From Octopus vulgaris (taxonomy: Eukaryota), in the NCBI GenBank assembly GCA_951406725.2, contig OX597818.1:16926001-16990000 (forward strand): DNA of 64,000 nt. The letters are read 5' to 3'. Below are positions 35,651 through 49,704 of the stretch, piece after piece (the first letter of the stretch is position 1; each line of letters starts with the position of its first letter). The notes under the pieces were generated by a model. The model was not told where the DNA came from and searched no databases. It saw only the letters and a list, made by a program, of their open reading frames with translations. The position numbers and the translations under genes are program-made.

Positions 35651-38600
35651 AATAATAATGATAATTACTAATTAGTAAGGCCTGTGAAATGCAAAGCTAG
35701 TGAAGCACCAGACAGAATGTCTTATTACATTTTTAGTTAGTCTCTTCATATTTGTGTGTGTGTGTGTGTTTTTCAGATCTTCCCTGCTAGAGGTGACTCT
35801 TTGGCTTCAATCCTCCCCTGATCAATAAAATAAGTAGCAGTCTGTTAGCCATTGATCCAATTCCACTGTTCCATTATTCCTATATCATGTAGCTTTGTGC
35901 CAATGATGGAAACAATTGTTAATTTTATTCACGCCTTTTCATAGTTTGTATTCATTTGATATGTCACTGAACATCAGTTAAGAATAATTTTAAGGAGGGT
36001 AAGGCCCTGACCAAAAATCTCACTCATTATATAATATACAAGAGACATTTATTGAATGTTTTTTAGTTAGGGCCATTTGTAATATTTAGTACCTATTTAG
36101 GTAGGGTCATCAGCTATTTTTGTTTTTCCAAATGTATAAGATCGGTCAGTGCTTTCTGTTTGCCATATTTATACATTTTTTAAAAATTCTTATGTTTTTA
36201 TAATTGGTTAATTTTTTCGAAATTACTTTGATGAGACCTTGTCAAAAGAAATAGGTATAACTATTGGTAGAAAAGAGCTGTTGGTGTATACTGGGAACAT
36301 TGCTTCTGCGAGTTAAACGCATGTGTTGGTTTAGCTTACCGCACCTTATCTACTATGGTAGCTGTAAATGTCTCTAAATGCTACACAGTATATTGCTGCA
36401 TTCATATGTGCATACATTTTATGCTTGGGTATATGTACATTGAGTGTGCTGAGGTGTTATAAAATGAGTGTTTGGATAGAGGATTATTTTTTTTCTTCAT
36501 TATCCACCTGTGTTATAAATACCAGATCATATATATAGTGTTGATAACACTCATACATGTGTACATACTTATACATGATAGTGTATAAGTATATATACAT
36601 TATGTATGTTATCTCATTGAACATATCTGTGGTGAGATAATGTGTCAAGAGTTGTGGAAGGGTCCTTGATTAAAAGCTGACCCTGCTATTTGTTGACCTA
36701 CAAAATGGAGGCTACAGCCACAACTACCATCACCACCACCACTTGTCCTCCTCTTTTCAATGAATTCTTTAATCACCAACCCATGCTCTCCAGCCCAGTC
36801 CTTACACAACACCACCTAATTGTGTTCAATTCTCTGTTCACCACCCATCCCCTCTCTCTCTCATTGTCTCATTAAATATCTTGCTAATTTTTTATGATTT
36901 ATGCTGTTTCATACCATTGTGTACACACACACACACACACACAAAACCTATAACATGATGTATTATTGTTTTGCTTTTCTTCTGGATCAAACAGGTTTGG
37001 TCAAGATGAGAATAGGCATACATATACATAGCCATCCTTATTAAGTTAGTGTGTACCCCTAGCAATACACTTAAGCCTGTGAGTAGGGAGATTGCTGTTT
37101 TAATGCAGTATGTATGACAAGATTACATTAGATTATATATGTAACAAAGGGAGGCAGATAAAATCTGCCTTTTATAATAAGAGATGTGTATATTTCATTA
37201 AATACATGACTATGTTCAAGCTTCAGTTTTCTTTATTTTAGATTTTTCACTTTTTTTTTATTATCTTTTTATGGTTGGTTTAGAACAGTAAAGTTTTCTA
37301 AATCCACTTCTGACATTTCTGGATCTTCAAAGTCTCATTATCAACAATTGAATTCAATGTATTTGACATTTGTGTTGTTTCTCATAACAAACTCCAAATA
37401 TATTCAATTCAGTTACTTTAAAATGAGACTGAAGAATTGGAAATGTTGGATATGGATTTAGGAATGCTATGGTTCCAAACCAGCTGTAAAAAACTAATGA
37501 GAAAATCTGAAAGAAATCTTTAAAAAAGAAATGTATCTTGAATATTGTGCATTTAATGGAACACTATATGAGCTGCTCCACCACACACATATAGACAAAA
37601 TTGTTAATTTCTATATATATGCATGTTTTATATACCAAAGAGTTTGAGTTACTTAAATGGCTTGCCAATGTTGTCTGAAATAGAATTAGTGAGGCTGATC
37701 ATATCATTCTTGGCACTCATTGCAAATTTTATTTGGTAACTGTTTTCCATGCTAGTCATTGTTAAGTTTTAAACCATCTTAATAGCATAACAGCTTTGCT
37801 GCTATTGGAAGGGAGATAACCGTTTCTTCATAGTATTTGGCAGGATGAGAATTTTGAATTTCAAATTAAGGAATAATGAAAAGTATGCATTAACAGACAC
37901 AACAACACACACACACACACACACACACGTGCCATGCTTGACTCATACATCCATTGCTAAATTTGATAGTTTATTTACCAGAGCAATCTTTGAATTGTTG
38001 AAATGGCTTTAGGACTAACCCCCCCTCCCCAACCTTATTGCCTTATGTATTTTAGCAGTAAGTGGCTGCTTGTACACCTTAGTCAAGTACCAAGTAATAA
38101 TTTATCTCAAAACTCAAGATTGCTTATTATAAAAGCAGAGGGGAAAAGTTGAAGTGTAATGCATTTATTTGCCACATCTAACTAACCCTCAAAGAACCTG
38201 TTTTGTTTACTTGTTTTATATTTCGTTAGTGGTGTAGAAAGTTGTCATAAATATTGCTGTTCTCAGTAATTAATCTCAGCGATTTATTTAAAAAATTATT
38301 ATTTATTAAAATTGACTGACAAAAATATTTGAGAATATTTTTCATGACATTAACATATCTTATCTCTGTTCAGTGCTTTACAGTTATTGTTAGCTCCATT
38401 TTTGTCTTAGAGTGGCCTCCAACTTTTATGTAAACCACCTGTCTTTTTGTTTGTTAGTTTTTTTTTTTTTTATAATGCTGGTTTATCATGGAACACCCAT
38501 TTAGTTTGTTACCTACTGGGAGAGAGCTAACATCATCTGCTTCCTAGTTCTCATAGTATACAATCTACCTAGACATAATTATCTATCTATCTACAAACAG

Positions 38601-39371
38601 ATAGATAGACAATTATGATTTTGGAATATCTCAAAGCACACATAAAGCTGTAAATAATAGCATGTAAATATTGGGTTGAAAAAAATCCCTTTTTGGATAG
38701 AAAAAGTCGATGGGCAACCTTCAACTTCTCCTGTCCAATATTTACATGATATTATTATGTGTGCTTCAAGAAATTCCACGAAAAGAATTTGTTCACATTC
38801 TCTAAAAAGTTTACAAAATTCTTATGAATGTCGACAATCTAGGAACATTTTCACTTACTAATTATATTTTCAATTATGTTTCTATAACATCTTTTGTAAA
38901 TGATATGCCATGTGTTCATGTTTGTCCATCTTATTGTATTTTCATCACACACTCTAGCTACACAGTTCTTATAGCCAACTGCAGAATTATTTTTATCTTG
39001 ATTAGAAAGTTGGATTTTAAGAGTTTTAGACATTCCGAGCACTGATACAGTTTTCATTTGTTGTACACTTATTCTAGCATCTTCTCACCATATATATATA
39101 TTTTTCTTGCAAAAGCACCTATGCTTTTTGTTGTCAGCTACTGCATGTTATTCCAATCTTCTATAGTAATTTTATGGGATGGTATATTTGCAAAACTCCT
39201 TACAACTTAGGATAAGTGTAGTAATAACGAAAATGATTTGTGGATAGAAAGTTTTATACTTCATTAATGCCTTGCAACATGTCTCTGCACAGAACTTACA
39301 TGTGCTATACAGAAACATATGCCACAAGGCATTAAGTATAAAAATTTCCATCCACAAATCATTTTTATTAT

Positions 39372-39404
<33 letters not shown>

Positions 39405-39408
<4 letters not shown>

Positions 39409-39585
39409 ATGTTTGTATATTTTATTGTTGTGTATATAAACAGATTGGCCACTTGTTTCTCTGGGGTGGTTTCAAGTGATGTAGACACCTGATGAGACCC
39501 CAATAAGGGTCAAACATCAATTAAGGCTGTTCATCATTTGCTTTCAGTGTCTGGAGAAATAGTTAAATTTACCATGTTTGTATAT
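39405..39585 (+). ncRNA. Degenerate hammerhead-ribozyme-like unit (Penelope pLTR / retrozyme-like)
   Basis: CTGATGA-GACCC-CAATAA-GGGTC-AAAC at 39489-39515 (G of GAAA missing); AGACAC/GTGTCT possible stem I; 16-bp direct repeat TACCATGTTTGTATAT at both ends. Confidence 0.5.
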
Positions 39586-39957
39586 CTACTATGTAGGTTT
39601 ATATCTATAATGATTTCATTTAGGCATAGGGATACTAGTAACCAGTAGTTAGAACTCGATATACATACAACATAAGAAAAGCTTGAGCAGTAGATAAGTA
39701 TGTTAATTGCACTGTTGTGCCTCTGTTTTGGTTTATTTTGCTGCTTTTGTACCTGGTACAATGTTCCATTATGCCAGGATAGAATCCTATTTTATTAGAT
39801 ATCATGTTCCATCCTATTGTTAATCACTTGAATGTTAAATAGGAATATAATTTTCTTGTTTTCTAGTCAGACAGCCACTTAAGCAGTCAGTTATGCCCCT
39901 TAGTAGTTCCAAATTTGTGACCATTTAATTCATAGTCCAGCTCTAACTTCGATTGCC

Positions 39958-40031
<74 letters not shown>

Positions 40032-43000
40032 CACGCGCACACACACACACTCAAATACATATACACATATTTATTATACATCTACAAATACACATCCCTT
40101 CCTTGCATTCCCTCCAACACATGCATACACACACTGCAGTTCCAGTTTCTCAAGTCACTCTCTCTCTCTCTCTCTCTCTCTCTTCCTTTTTAATCAGTTG
40201 AAGTAGTTTGTCACTTGAAAACTTAAGTGCTATTTTTAATTATGAATGTAAATCTTATATATCTATCTAAAATCTGTCTTTCATCTATGAAAGCAAGTTT
40301 CCCATGCATAGTTGGCCATTTGTTGGAGTCTAGGACTTCTGCATCAGCAACCACTTGGTTGTTTTTGTTTGTTTTTTCTGTTTTGTATTTGTTTTTGTTT
40401 CCCCCCATTTCTCACATACTCCAGAAAACCCATTTCTAAGTGCTGTTATGAGATAGTATATCTTCTGTACTATCTTGCCTTGCTGCCATATTTGCATTGT
40501 GCGCGTGAGTGTTTGTGAATATACATACATAGTCTTAGACTCATTTCCCCCATCACTGTAACTCTAATTATATCAATCATGGCCAGGTGTGTAGTATAAT
40601 TCTGGGTGTGCTAGGTCAGCACCACCCAACCCACCGATGGTTAATTTCTTTTTATAATAATTCTGTTCTCACAGTACCATGATATAATCTGGCTATAATT
40701 TGTTTTCAGATCTAAGCTAATAACACTCATAAACAGATTAGGTCAGTTTGAAGTTATGTATAGAAATAAATTAAAGTTTGCATTGTTTACAATTATACCA
40801 GTTGTAAGCTCTGCATGATGGCACACCCTGTGACATACACCACTATCTACCACTCATCACAACCTTGCTGTATAGTTCTATAAATTTTACATCAAACCAT
40901 CACACCACATTTCTTCACAATATTCATGTATATGAAATCATCCATCATTCTTACTGTGTTACATCATACCCAGCAACCTGCACATAGCTTTCATATTGCA
41001 CACCATATTCTATGATATTCTAACACGCAACCCTTTTGCTCAAGTTTCTTGCCCGTAACACCTTGCTTGCTTGGCTTCGAGTCAAGTATGAAAAGCTTAC
41101 TCAATGCCATAAGAAATGTCTTCACCCTGCCATGTTATATCTGACACTCATGTTGTAATCTCATAACTTCATCTATAATCTTCTTCAGTTCAAGATTATC
41201 TACTGGTTTTAATTGAAAATCAAATCTAAGTGAATGTATGTGTGCGTATGTATGCAAATCATTGAAGTGTATATAAGGTGTATTACAAAAAATCTATCTT
41301 GATATTATATATATTATACATCATTGGAGCTTTACATATGGGTTTTTACACACCTCGACGTAGTGGTCAGTTTTGATTCAGAGTCAGAACAGTTATAGTT
41401 ATATTCTTTACACTGTAGAGGAAGATATCAACAACATCACATTCCCAATGTAGCATCTTGTCCTTAAGGACAAATTCATTCATAAATCTAAATATTGATT
41501 ACTAAACTGAGATTTTTATCTTAAGCCAAACTTTTGACAGTGTTCTTCTCTCTGGAGCATCCTCAAGCAGCATTGGTGCTACTCTTGGAGTTTTCATATT
41601 CTCTAGATCTGACATCTGTATTCATATATTTATAATTGAGATATGACTATAGTATCCGAATTTGTTTTGAAGTTGATTTCCTCTTTACTTACTTATGCAG
41701 GTCTGTGACACACAGTCAACTGTCTTGTGTTATAGAATCAGATATTAGTAGAAATGCATTTAAAATGTTCAATACATATTTTTCATTTAAATTATCTTTC
41801 TTTGTACTGTGTAGCACAAGTTAATTAGTAAGTGAAGTCTCATCGACACTTTTCACTTGCAAATTCTTTAAGTTTTTGGCATTTAAAAAAAAAAACCCCC
41901 AACAAATATTGTTTTTATTCTCTAAGGCCCTGACTGCAGTTAAATGGACGTTATTGCCACTCTGTCTGAAGATGAACCTGTTTTGATTTATCTTTTGATG
42001 TGAACTGGTGTGTGTGTGTGTATGTGCTGTTTAAATTAAGTGTAAAAGTGATGTGCTTTGTAACATAGTCTAGAGCTCTTCATTGTGCATATGGCTAATG
42101 AATTTGTGTGTACCTGAGAGATAGAATACTCCCCCTCCTCCACTGCCATTGCTAGTTGCAAAGGTTTTATTATTTTTTTTTACCTATTTTTGTCTGTCTG
42201 TCTGTGTGTGTGTGACATAATATGGCTGATGTAACACTTCTAACAAGCATTTGATTCAGGTATTGAAAGAATATAGCAGTTGCAGTTTTTTTTTTCCCCT
42301 TAAGGTATTTTGGTATATCAGAAAACTTCACTATGTACAGTATATATTTTTGAATTTGTCATTGGTTCTAAACTTGTTTTAGCCACCTTCACAATCTAGA
42401 TAGCAGTGCAGAGTGAAAGCAGATTTCTTTTTCTTATTTCGCTTCCATCATATCTTCAACTTTATTCTTCCATTGTATTTTCCTAACATTAACTAAACAC
42501 ACCTTGACTATTGTCACTCCATCATTGCTTCATCTCTCTCTCTTTCTCTCTCAAAACATTTGAGCATCTCACAACAAAATCACTCTCGGCTACCAAAAAG
42601 CTACCACCATCAGCTCTGACTATCATTAATACTGCTACAACTAATAATATTACTGCTATTATTACTACTACTTCTACCTTACCTCCTCCTACTGCCACCT
42701 CTAACACCACTATTTATTTATTCCAATAATGATTGTATTGGGTTACTTTGAAATCTAGTCATCGGAAACTGTCCAAAAGTTATGCATTAGTCACATAAGT
42801 GAATTGTTATAGACACCCAGTTTTACTATTCTTTAATATTCATACATACTGTGTGTATACACATGCACACACACACAAACAAATGTGTATTTATACAGCC
42901 TTGTATGTATGTAAATACATATACAGTCACGTGTGTGTGTGTGTAAAGTATGTGTATGTATGTGTGTGTGTGTATATAAATATATATATAAAATATATAC

Positions 43001-43392
43001 AATTACATATATAATTCATTTGAATATCATTCATAAGTACACCTATTCATGCACACACATACACACACAGTACAAAGATTGTAGTTTTAGTTTGTTTTTA
43101 TTTATTTATGATTTTTTTCATCTTCTGTTTTGTTTTTTTATTTATTTATTTCTTTTTATTTGTAAATCAAAAATCAATACTGCTTGGAACAAAAACAGAA
43201 ATGGATTTCAAAAAAAAAATTAAAATAAAAAAACAAAAAAGTTACAATAAAACTGGAGATATCAAAAAAAAACCAATAACAGCAAAAAAACCCCACCATG
43301 CTTAAAGTCAAAATTTTTTTTTTCTTCCTAATCATGTCTCTAACTGGCCATTTACAAACTGACAAAACAACCAACAACTACAGTATATATAT

Positions 43393-43470
43393 AATAAAAT
43401 CCAATGAAACGAAATAAAAACAAAAAACAAAACTTGCTGTTGATTCATGGAAATTATTTTGTTACCTCTC
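43393..43470 (+). terminator. Candidate distal polyadenylation site
   Basis: Tandem AATAAA (43393, 43413) then TTGCTGTTG...TTATTTTGTT downstream element. Confidence 0.35.
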
Positions 43471-44249
43471 CATGGTAACAAGGAAATGTTTAATTACATA
43501 GGTGATTATTGTATTTTTCTTTTGTTCTTTTTAAATTATAATTATCTTTGAGTTGATTTGTTTGCTTTTTCAAAAATGACAATAAATGAAGTCAGTGTGA
43601 GAATTTGTGTGTGTGTGATTAGTACAAAGAGTATTTAATACATACATGTACACAGACACATGTAAAGTTTTTTTTAGGAATACTGAGTTGAAAAATCCTT
43701 TGAGATAGAAAATGTTGAAGGCTACTTGTGGGACTTGAACCCACATCTCCTGTAAACATGACAGACAAGTCTTCTGCCATTGGACTAAAGTAATCCTTTC
43801 AACATCAGTATCCATTTCAGAAACCATATTTTTACCAGTGAGAATTCTATGCTGCTGACGTTATAAGAATTTAGAAATTTCAAGAACATGAAATTCTTTT
43901 AGTTTATACACACACATACCCTCTGGTGCAGGCATGGCTGTTTGGTTAAGAAGCTGCCTTTGCAACCAAGTGGTTTTGGGTTCAGTCCCACTGTGCAGCA
44001 CCTTGTGTAAGTGTCTTCTATAATCACAGGCCAACCAATGCCATGTGAGTGAATTTGGTAGACAGAAACTGTGGAAGCCTATCATATATGTGTGTGTGTA
44101 TGTTTGGCCTCCCTCCATTGCTTAACAACCAGGATTGGTTTGTTTATGTTCCCATAACTTAGCAGATAATGAAGATACAATTCATAGATGTATCATAAGT
44201 GATGTTCTTCATGTACATCTGTTAGAAGTCTGTTTTAAATCTGTGTGTG

Positions 44250-45020
44250 TGTTCAAATATGAATTAGAAGCAATGCTAGTGTTGTAAAAATTATCAACCA
44301 CATATACTCAATGTATATTCCTCGCTTTTTTGCCAACAGATGTTAAAATCCATGGAAGTATTGGACAGGTGAGACAATCTATCTCAAATTCAGGAGCAAT
44401 GGACATTGATGTTTTACCATTTTTGTGGCTTATCACATACCTGAACCGAATTGAAGACGAACTGAATCACCAATCCATGACTATATACAAATAGTGTAAA
44501 AGCCATTTGCCAGTATGCCTTAATGGTGTATACATAAGAATAAGTTCAAATATGAATTCGAAGCAGCGTTATTGTTATAAGCATTATCGACCACATATTC
44601 AATGTATGCACTTTGCTTGTTTGCTAGTAGGCTGCAAATTGTCATGGTGGAGATGACTCCTTCAAAGTACCAGAGTGTTAAAACACATGAAAGTCATAGA
44701 TTAGTGAATCAATTCACCCCAAGTCCCATTCAGAAGTGTTGGGCATCAAATTTCTGCCATTTTTGTGGCTTATAAGCCTCACATACCTGAATTGCCAGTC
44801 CATGACAATATATATTGTAAAAACCATTTGTTGGTATACCTTGACAATGCATACATAAGAATAAATTGAGATATGAATTAGAAGCAGTGCTAATGTAAAC
44901 ACTATTGAACACATTCTCTGTGTATGTGCTTTGCTTTTTTGCTAGTAGGCTGCGACTTAGCACTGTGGGGATTACTCCTTGAAAGCACCGAGTGTTAAAA
45001 CACCTGAACAGTATAGACAG
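44250..45020. repeat. Diverged tandem triplication, ~290-320 bp unit
   Basis: ATATGAATT(A/C)GAAGCA anchor at ~44257, 44550 and 44871 with similar downstream sequence. Confidence 0.7.
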
Positions 45021-47387
45021 GTATGTGTATATATATATGTATGTGTGTTCATATTTAAAGATGAATATGTATTAATTATGCTTAGTTGCTTTTATTGCAA
45101 CGGTTCCCTATAAATGATTGAAATTATAGATCTTATTTAAAAGAAAAAAGACCTGTCTCAATCTAACTGTCAGATGTGAGATCATTAGAGCGTTAGTAAT
45201 GAGATAGGAGAAATAGTGATGGGTTGTAGACCCAAAGAAGTTACAGGGACACTTTTGGGTGACCGTATGACAAATCTCTGTCACTAACATTACCTTGTAT
45301 TGACCTCGGAGCTGCTACATGTTTGGTTTACCTTCTATAAATATGATCAGACCACAGACCACACCTCCACTCATGGTTGAAAAAAGTTCATATTTCATAA
45401 TGAGGTCAGGTCTTTCATTTCTTGCACAGGAAAAAGATGACGATCACGGTTGGAATGTCTTTGATCATGTCTGATCAAGGCTGACCTGGGGCTAAACTAC
45501 TGCTACCACCACCTTCGCCTCACCTTCATTAAGAATATTTCAGTGAATCATTTTCATTATTAATATCACCAACATGATTTTCTATGTGGTTGTTGAACAT
45601 GCTAGAAGTAGCAGGCAAATCACCATCAAACCACATCCTACCATTTTTAAAAGCAGGCACATCAGATAATGTAGTCCTAGGTACAGTATTGCCTTTTATC
45701 ACAGTTCTGTTCAATCAGGACTAACATTCAGTTAAGCAATACCAGCAATAGCATCATTCTCTTTTAATATGTTTACCAAGGAATACAGTCATCGAATGTG
45801 AGGTATTTCACAATTGCCACAGTCTTCACAGCTATCAACACCATCATCAACCCGACTATTACTGTCTCTGTCATACAACCACAAATAGTACTAATGCACT
45901 CACCACTACCACGATATTCATCATTCCCAGATCACCAACTACCTTCCCACCTCCTTTACACAATAAGCTTTGTCTGTATCACTATTGTATACCCTGCCAC
46001 TCCACCACTCCCCACAATGCACCACCCCATCTTCTTAGTATCAGCAATTAAACTCAAGCTCATATTCTTATATTTATTCCCACCCATGCTCTGCAGCCTT
46101 GATGTTTCTCTTAATCTTTTTGATACCAACCCATCTAAGACTACTCCCTGGATCTATGATACAAACTTTCTGCTATAGAGTGTTTCTAAATTAAAAACTT
46201 CCATCAAAATATCAATGTTAATTTGCATTTCAACCACCAGCTTAATAATGAGACAATTATTTTACTAAATACTTCTGCTATTTAAAAAAATTGGCTGAAC
46301 CAAAGGCAGTGTTTCAACAAATATAGCAACAGAAGTTTGTTTCAACCTTGGGCTCCTATTTCTCTCAGAAGATGCATGCACACTTACCTTACAGAGCAAC
46401 ATAGCAACACATCAGGTGTATCAAAGTAAAAATGATCAGACCTTGTACAAAATGCAGGAAGAAAAAACTGACAGAAATAGTAGTGGATGGCAGAAATCAA
46501 AGAATACCAGTTGAGATACTTTGGATTACCTTAATGATATCACCTTACATTCATATCCTGTCATGATCAACTTTGTTTTCCATCTTTAAAGTCAATAAAG
46601 TACCAAATAGAGTACAGCCCATTACCTGGGGGCTATTTTCTATAAGTGTGAGAGAAGTGCTACATTTTCAATCCCCACAGTGCCTAGTCTTCAAAGCCCC
46701 AGCATTCTTGGCACAATTGGGAAGCCTGTCCAACTGTGATGAGATACTACTCTGCTGTGACGCCTTCCTCCATACTAGATAGTTTAATTTTAATGTGCTG
46801 TCACACCTTTATTACTTTGTGTTAACACCTGCCCTCCTAAACTGTAACACCATTGTGCAATGAAAGTCAAACACAGTTCACTCTCACTAGCATCACTGTT
46901 CCTTGCTTTGCTTGTAATGCTTATGCAGTTGAGGAATACATGACTGTTGCAGCTCCCTGTTTCTTCTCCCCGTCTTTAAAACTGATGCTCTAGGATAGAA
47001 GTAAACAAAAAAATAATAAATCTGGTTTTAATATTCCTGACTTAAGCTAAGACTTGAGCTAACACTTCAGAAATGTATGAACATTACAATTTATTTTTTA
47101 AATTATAACAAAGAAATGTAATCATTTTATATATCATTTAACTGCTAAATGGTTTCCTGAATCATACATAAGATCTGTAATTCCTAAGATCTCACTCCCC
47201 CAACTTGCTCTATTAAAGTTGGCTTTGAGCTTAATCAAAAGTAATCATTATTTTTATCATTATCATTGGGGGTAATGTGGCAGAATTTAGTAAGTACCAG
47301 ACAAAAGGCTCACCTCTATATTTTGAGTTGAAATCTCAAGATCAGTGATCCAATAAGTATTTGTTGCAATGCTGGGTTTGCTTTAGT

Positions 47388-47977
47388 CAACTCCTTTCTC
47401 ACCCTACCAAATTTATCACCTTGTGGCAGTGTTAGAAAACCTCATCATCAATATGGTGAAAGGCAGAAACAGTAGCATTCCAGATTAAATGCCTTGCAAT
47501 ATTTATGGTATTTTACAATTTTTGAATTAAAATCCAACTCCTTTCTCACCCTACCAAATTTATCACCTTGTGGCAGTGTTAGAAAACCTCATCATCAATA
47601 TGGTGAAAGGCAGAAACAGTAGCATTCCAGATTAAATGCCTTGCAATATTTATGGTATTTTACAATTTTTGAATTAAAATCCAACTCCTTTCTCACCCTA
47701 CCAAATTTATCACCTTGTGGCAGTGTTAGAAAACCTCATCATCAATATGGTGAAAGGCAGAAACAGTAGCATTCCAGATTAAATGCCTTGCAATATTTAT
47801 GGTATTTTACAATTTTTGAATTAAAATCCAACTCCTTTCTCACCCTACCAAATTTATCACCTTGTGGCAGTGTTAGAAAACCTCATCATCAATATGGTGA
47901 AAGGCAGAAACAGTAGCATTCCAGATTAAATGCCTTGCAATATTTATGGTATTTTACAATTTTTGAATTAAAATCCA
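47388..47977. repeat. Perfect tandem array, 4 x 147 bp
   Basis: Unit starts CAACTCCTTTCTCACCC at 47388, 47535, 47682 and 47829; no differences seen. Confidence 0.95.
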
Positions 47978-47999
47978 TCAGGATCAGTCAAATTTGCTT

Positions 48000-48620
48000 A
48001 TCAAATCCCCCAGCATTTCCTCATTATCAAGGATGTTTTCATTTTTGTGATTTTTTTCATCACTCTATGGCCATTTGGTAGTAAACTGGATCAGTGTCAA
48101 GAAGTTGCAAGTTCAATCCTCGTAGTGATCAACTTTCAAATCCCTAATATCAAAATTGTGTTGAGACAATGGGGGGGAAACCTGTTCAATTCTTGAGGGA
48201 TTCTCGTCCCACTGACTGCTGTAGTCTTCCACGATGCTTTCTCTCAAAGCACAAAGACCAATGGCAGCCTGTGACACTACTTTGATAGCTGTTATTTTTA
48301 GTTTTGTTGGGTTCTCTCTCAAATCTTCCCAAGGAACAAACTTGAAGGGCTTAGCTACCAACGTTTTGGCTATGGAACAGACTGTGGAGGTACACATTAC
48401 ACAACCAGTAACTCAAATACTCCATGGATTTGGTTTATTCACATGCCAGATGAAATAAAAAAATACCAAGTTAAATCTATTGCGCTTTCTTCCAAAAACA
48501 TTTGTGGTTTATTCTAATGATAGAAAAATGCTTGTTTTGTCTATCATCTGCTCAACATCCCACCTTCTTCTACTGTAATTTCACCTTCATCTACTCAAAC
48601 TGTCCTGAGTTTATTTGGAT
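48000..48620 (-). pseudogene. Heavily decayed coding relic, possibly an ancient LINE reverse transcriptase
   Basis: Fragments DEGEITVEE, VCSIAKTL and IGLCALRESIVE loosely resemble LINE RT N-terminal motifs; multiple stops and frameshifts. Confidence 0.3.
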
Positions 48621-49233
48621 TTTTTTTCTTTTTTGCTGAAAGAAAGCTATTTTGGTTGGAATATTTTAACAATTTTCTTTTCTCCCTCACTTGCTGTCAT
48701 GTCTTCACTATGTGAAAACCAGTCTGAATCAGCCAACATCATGTCTTAATAATTTAAAAAACCTCCACTAAGACCCTACCTTATCACACTTAAAAATTTA
48801 AAAAAAAATTTAAATAAATAAATAAACGTTTTCTCTATTTCCCTAGACACACAAATCTCCCCAGTCCAAACATGAATTTTTCCCTCCCCCTCCCTCCATT
48901 TTTCAATGTGTTGAAAAGAAAATTTAAAGTTGCTGAAATAATAAATGAAATAAATAAAAATATATCTTCTTTTACTTATATATGTATATATATATATATT
49001 TTTTTTTTTTGTGTGTGGTTTGTCTCAATCTTCAATATAGTGAAATAACAGAGTGAGTTAAATAATTAATTAACGACAGTTATCCCACCTAGTAATGTTA
49101 GCAGGAATCAGATTAGAGAAGCAAAAGAAAGATCATGTGTTGTATTATGAGGTTAGAGATTAACTAATATTTTGTTAACAGGATCTTTTGCCAGAAGTGG
49201 TGTTACTTAGCCTGATTCAGCTCTGATCAAGAT

Positions 49234-49462
49234 TTAACCCTTTAGTGTTTAAACTGGCCAAATCCGGCCCAATATATTCTACATGTTTTATATTTAAACT
49301 GGCGATGACTAGTCTCTCACACCTAACCTACAATACCATTCTAAAAATAAGTAATCACATCATTGAAACCTCGAAGCTGTAAGATGATCCAGGATTAATT
49401 CAAAACAATTTGAGTGAAAAAGTATTACATTTAACAGAGTAATCTGAACACTAAAGGGTTAA
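49234..49462. mobile_element. piggyBac-type MITE with perfect TIRs
   Basis: TTAA-CCCTTTAGTGTT ... AACACTAAAGGG-TTAA. Confidence 0.88.
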
Positions 49463-49704
49463 GATCAAAAATATCATCCTACCTTTTTTTTTTCTGCCTA
49501 GAAGCAGTCAATCAGGATCACTTTAACATGCTTCTGTTCTAAGACTGCAGGGTGTGATTTGAAGGAGATTTGAACAGTATTTCTAGCAGGTTAAACAATC
49601 ATCAAGAAGCTCCTTGCTGGCACATTTTAACAGAATAGAATGGTATTGTACTACAGACCTAAATCTTGGTATGAAATCTTTTGGAAACATCACATTTTAT
49701 TGTT

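Larger units (their letters stand above)
31214..43445 (+). other. Putative long 3' UTR of the RPTP gene (distal end inferred)
   Basis: No further exons found. Proximal AATAAA at 31834 and 31869; distal AATAAA at 43393 and 43413 followed by GT/T-rich sequence; few young SINEs in 36-43.8 kb. Confidence 0.4.
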
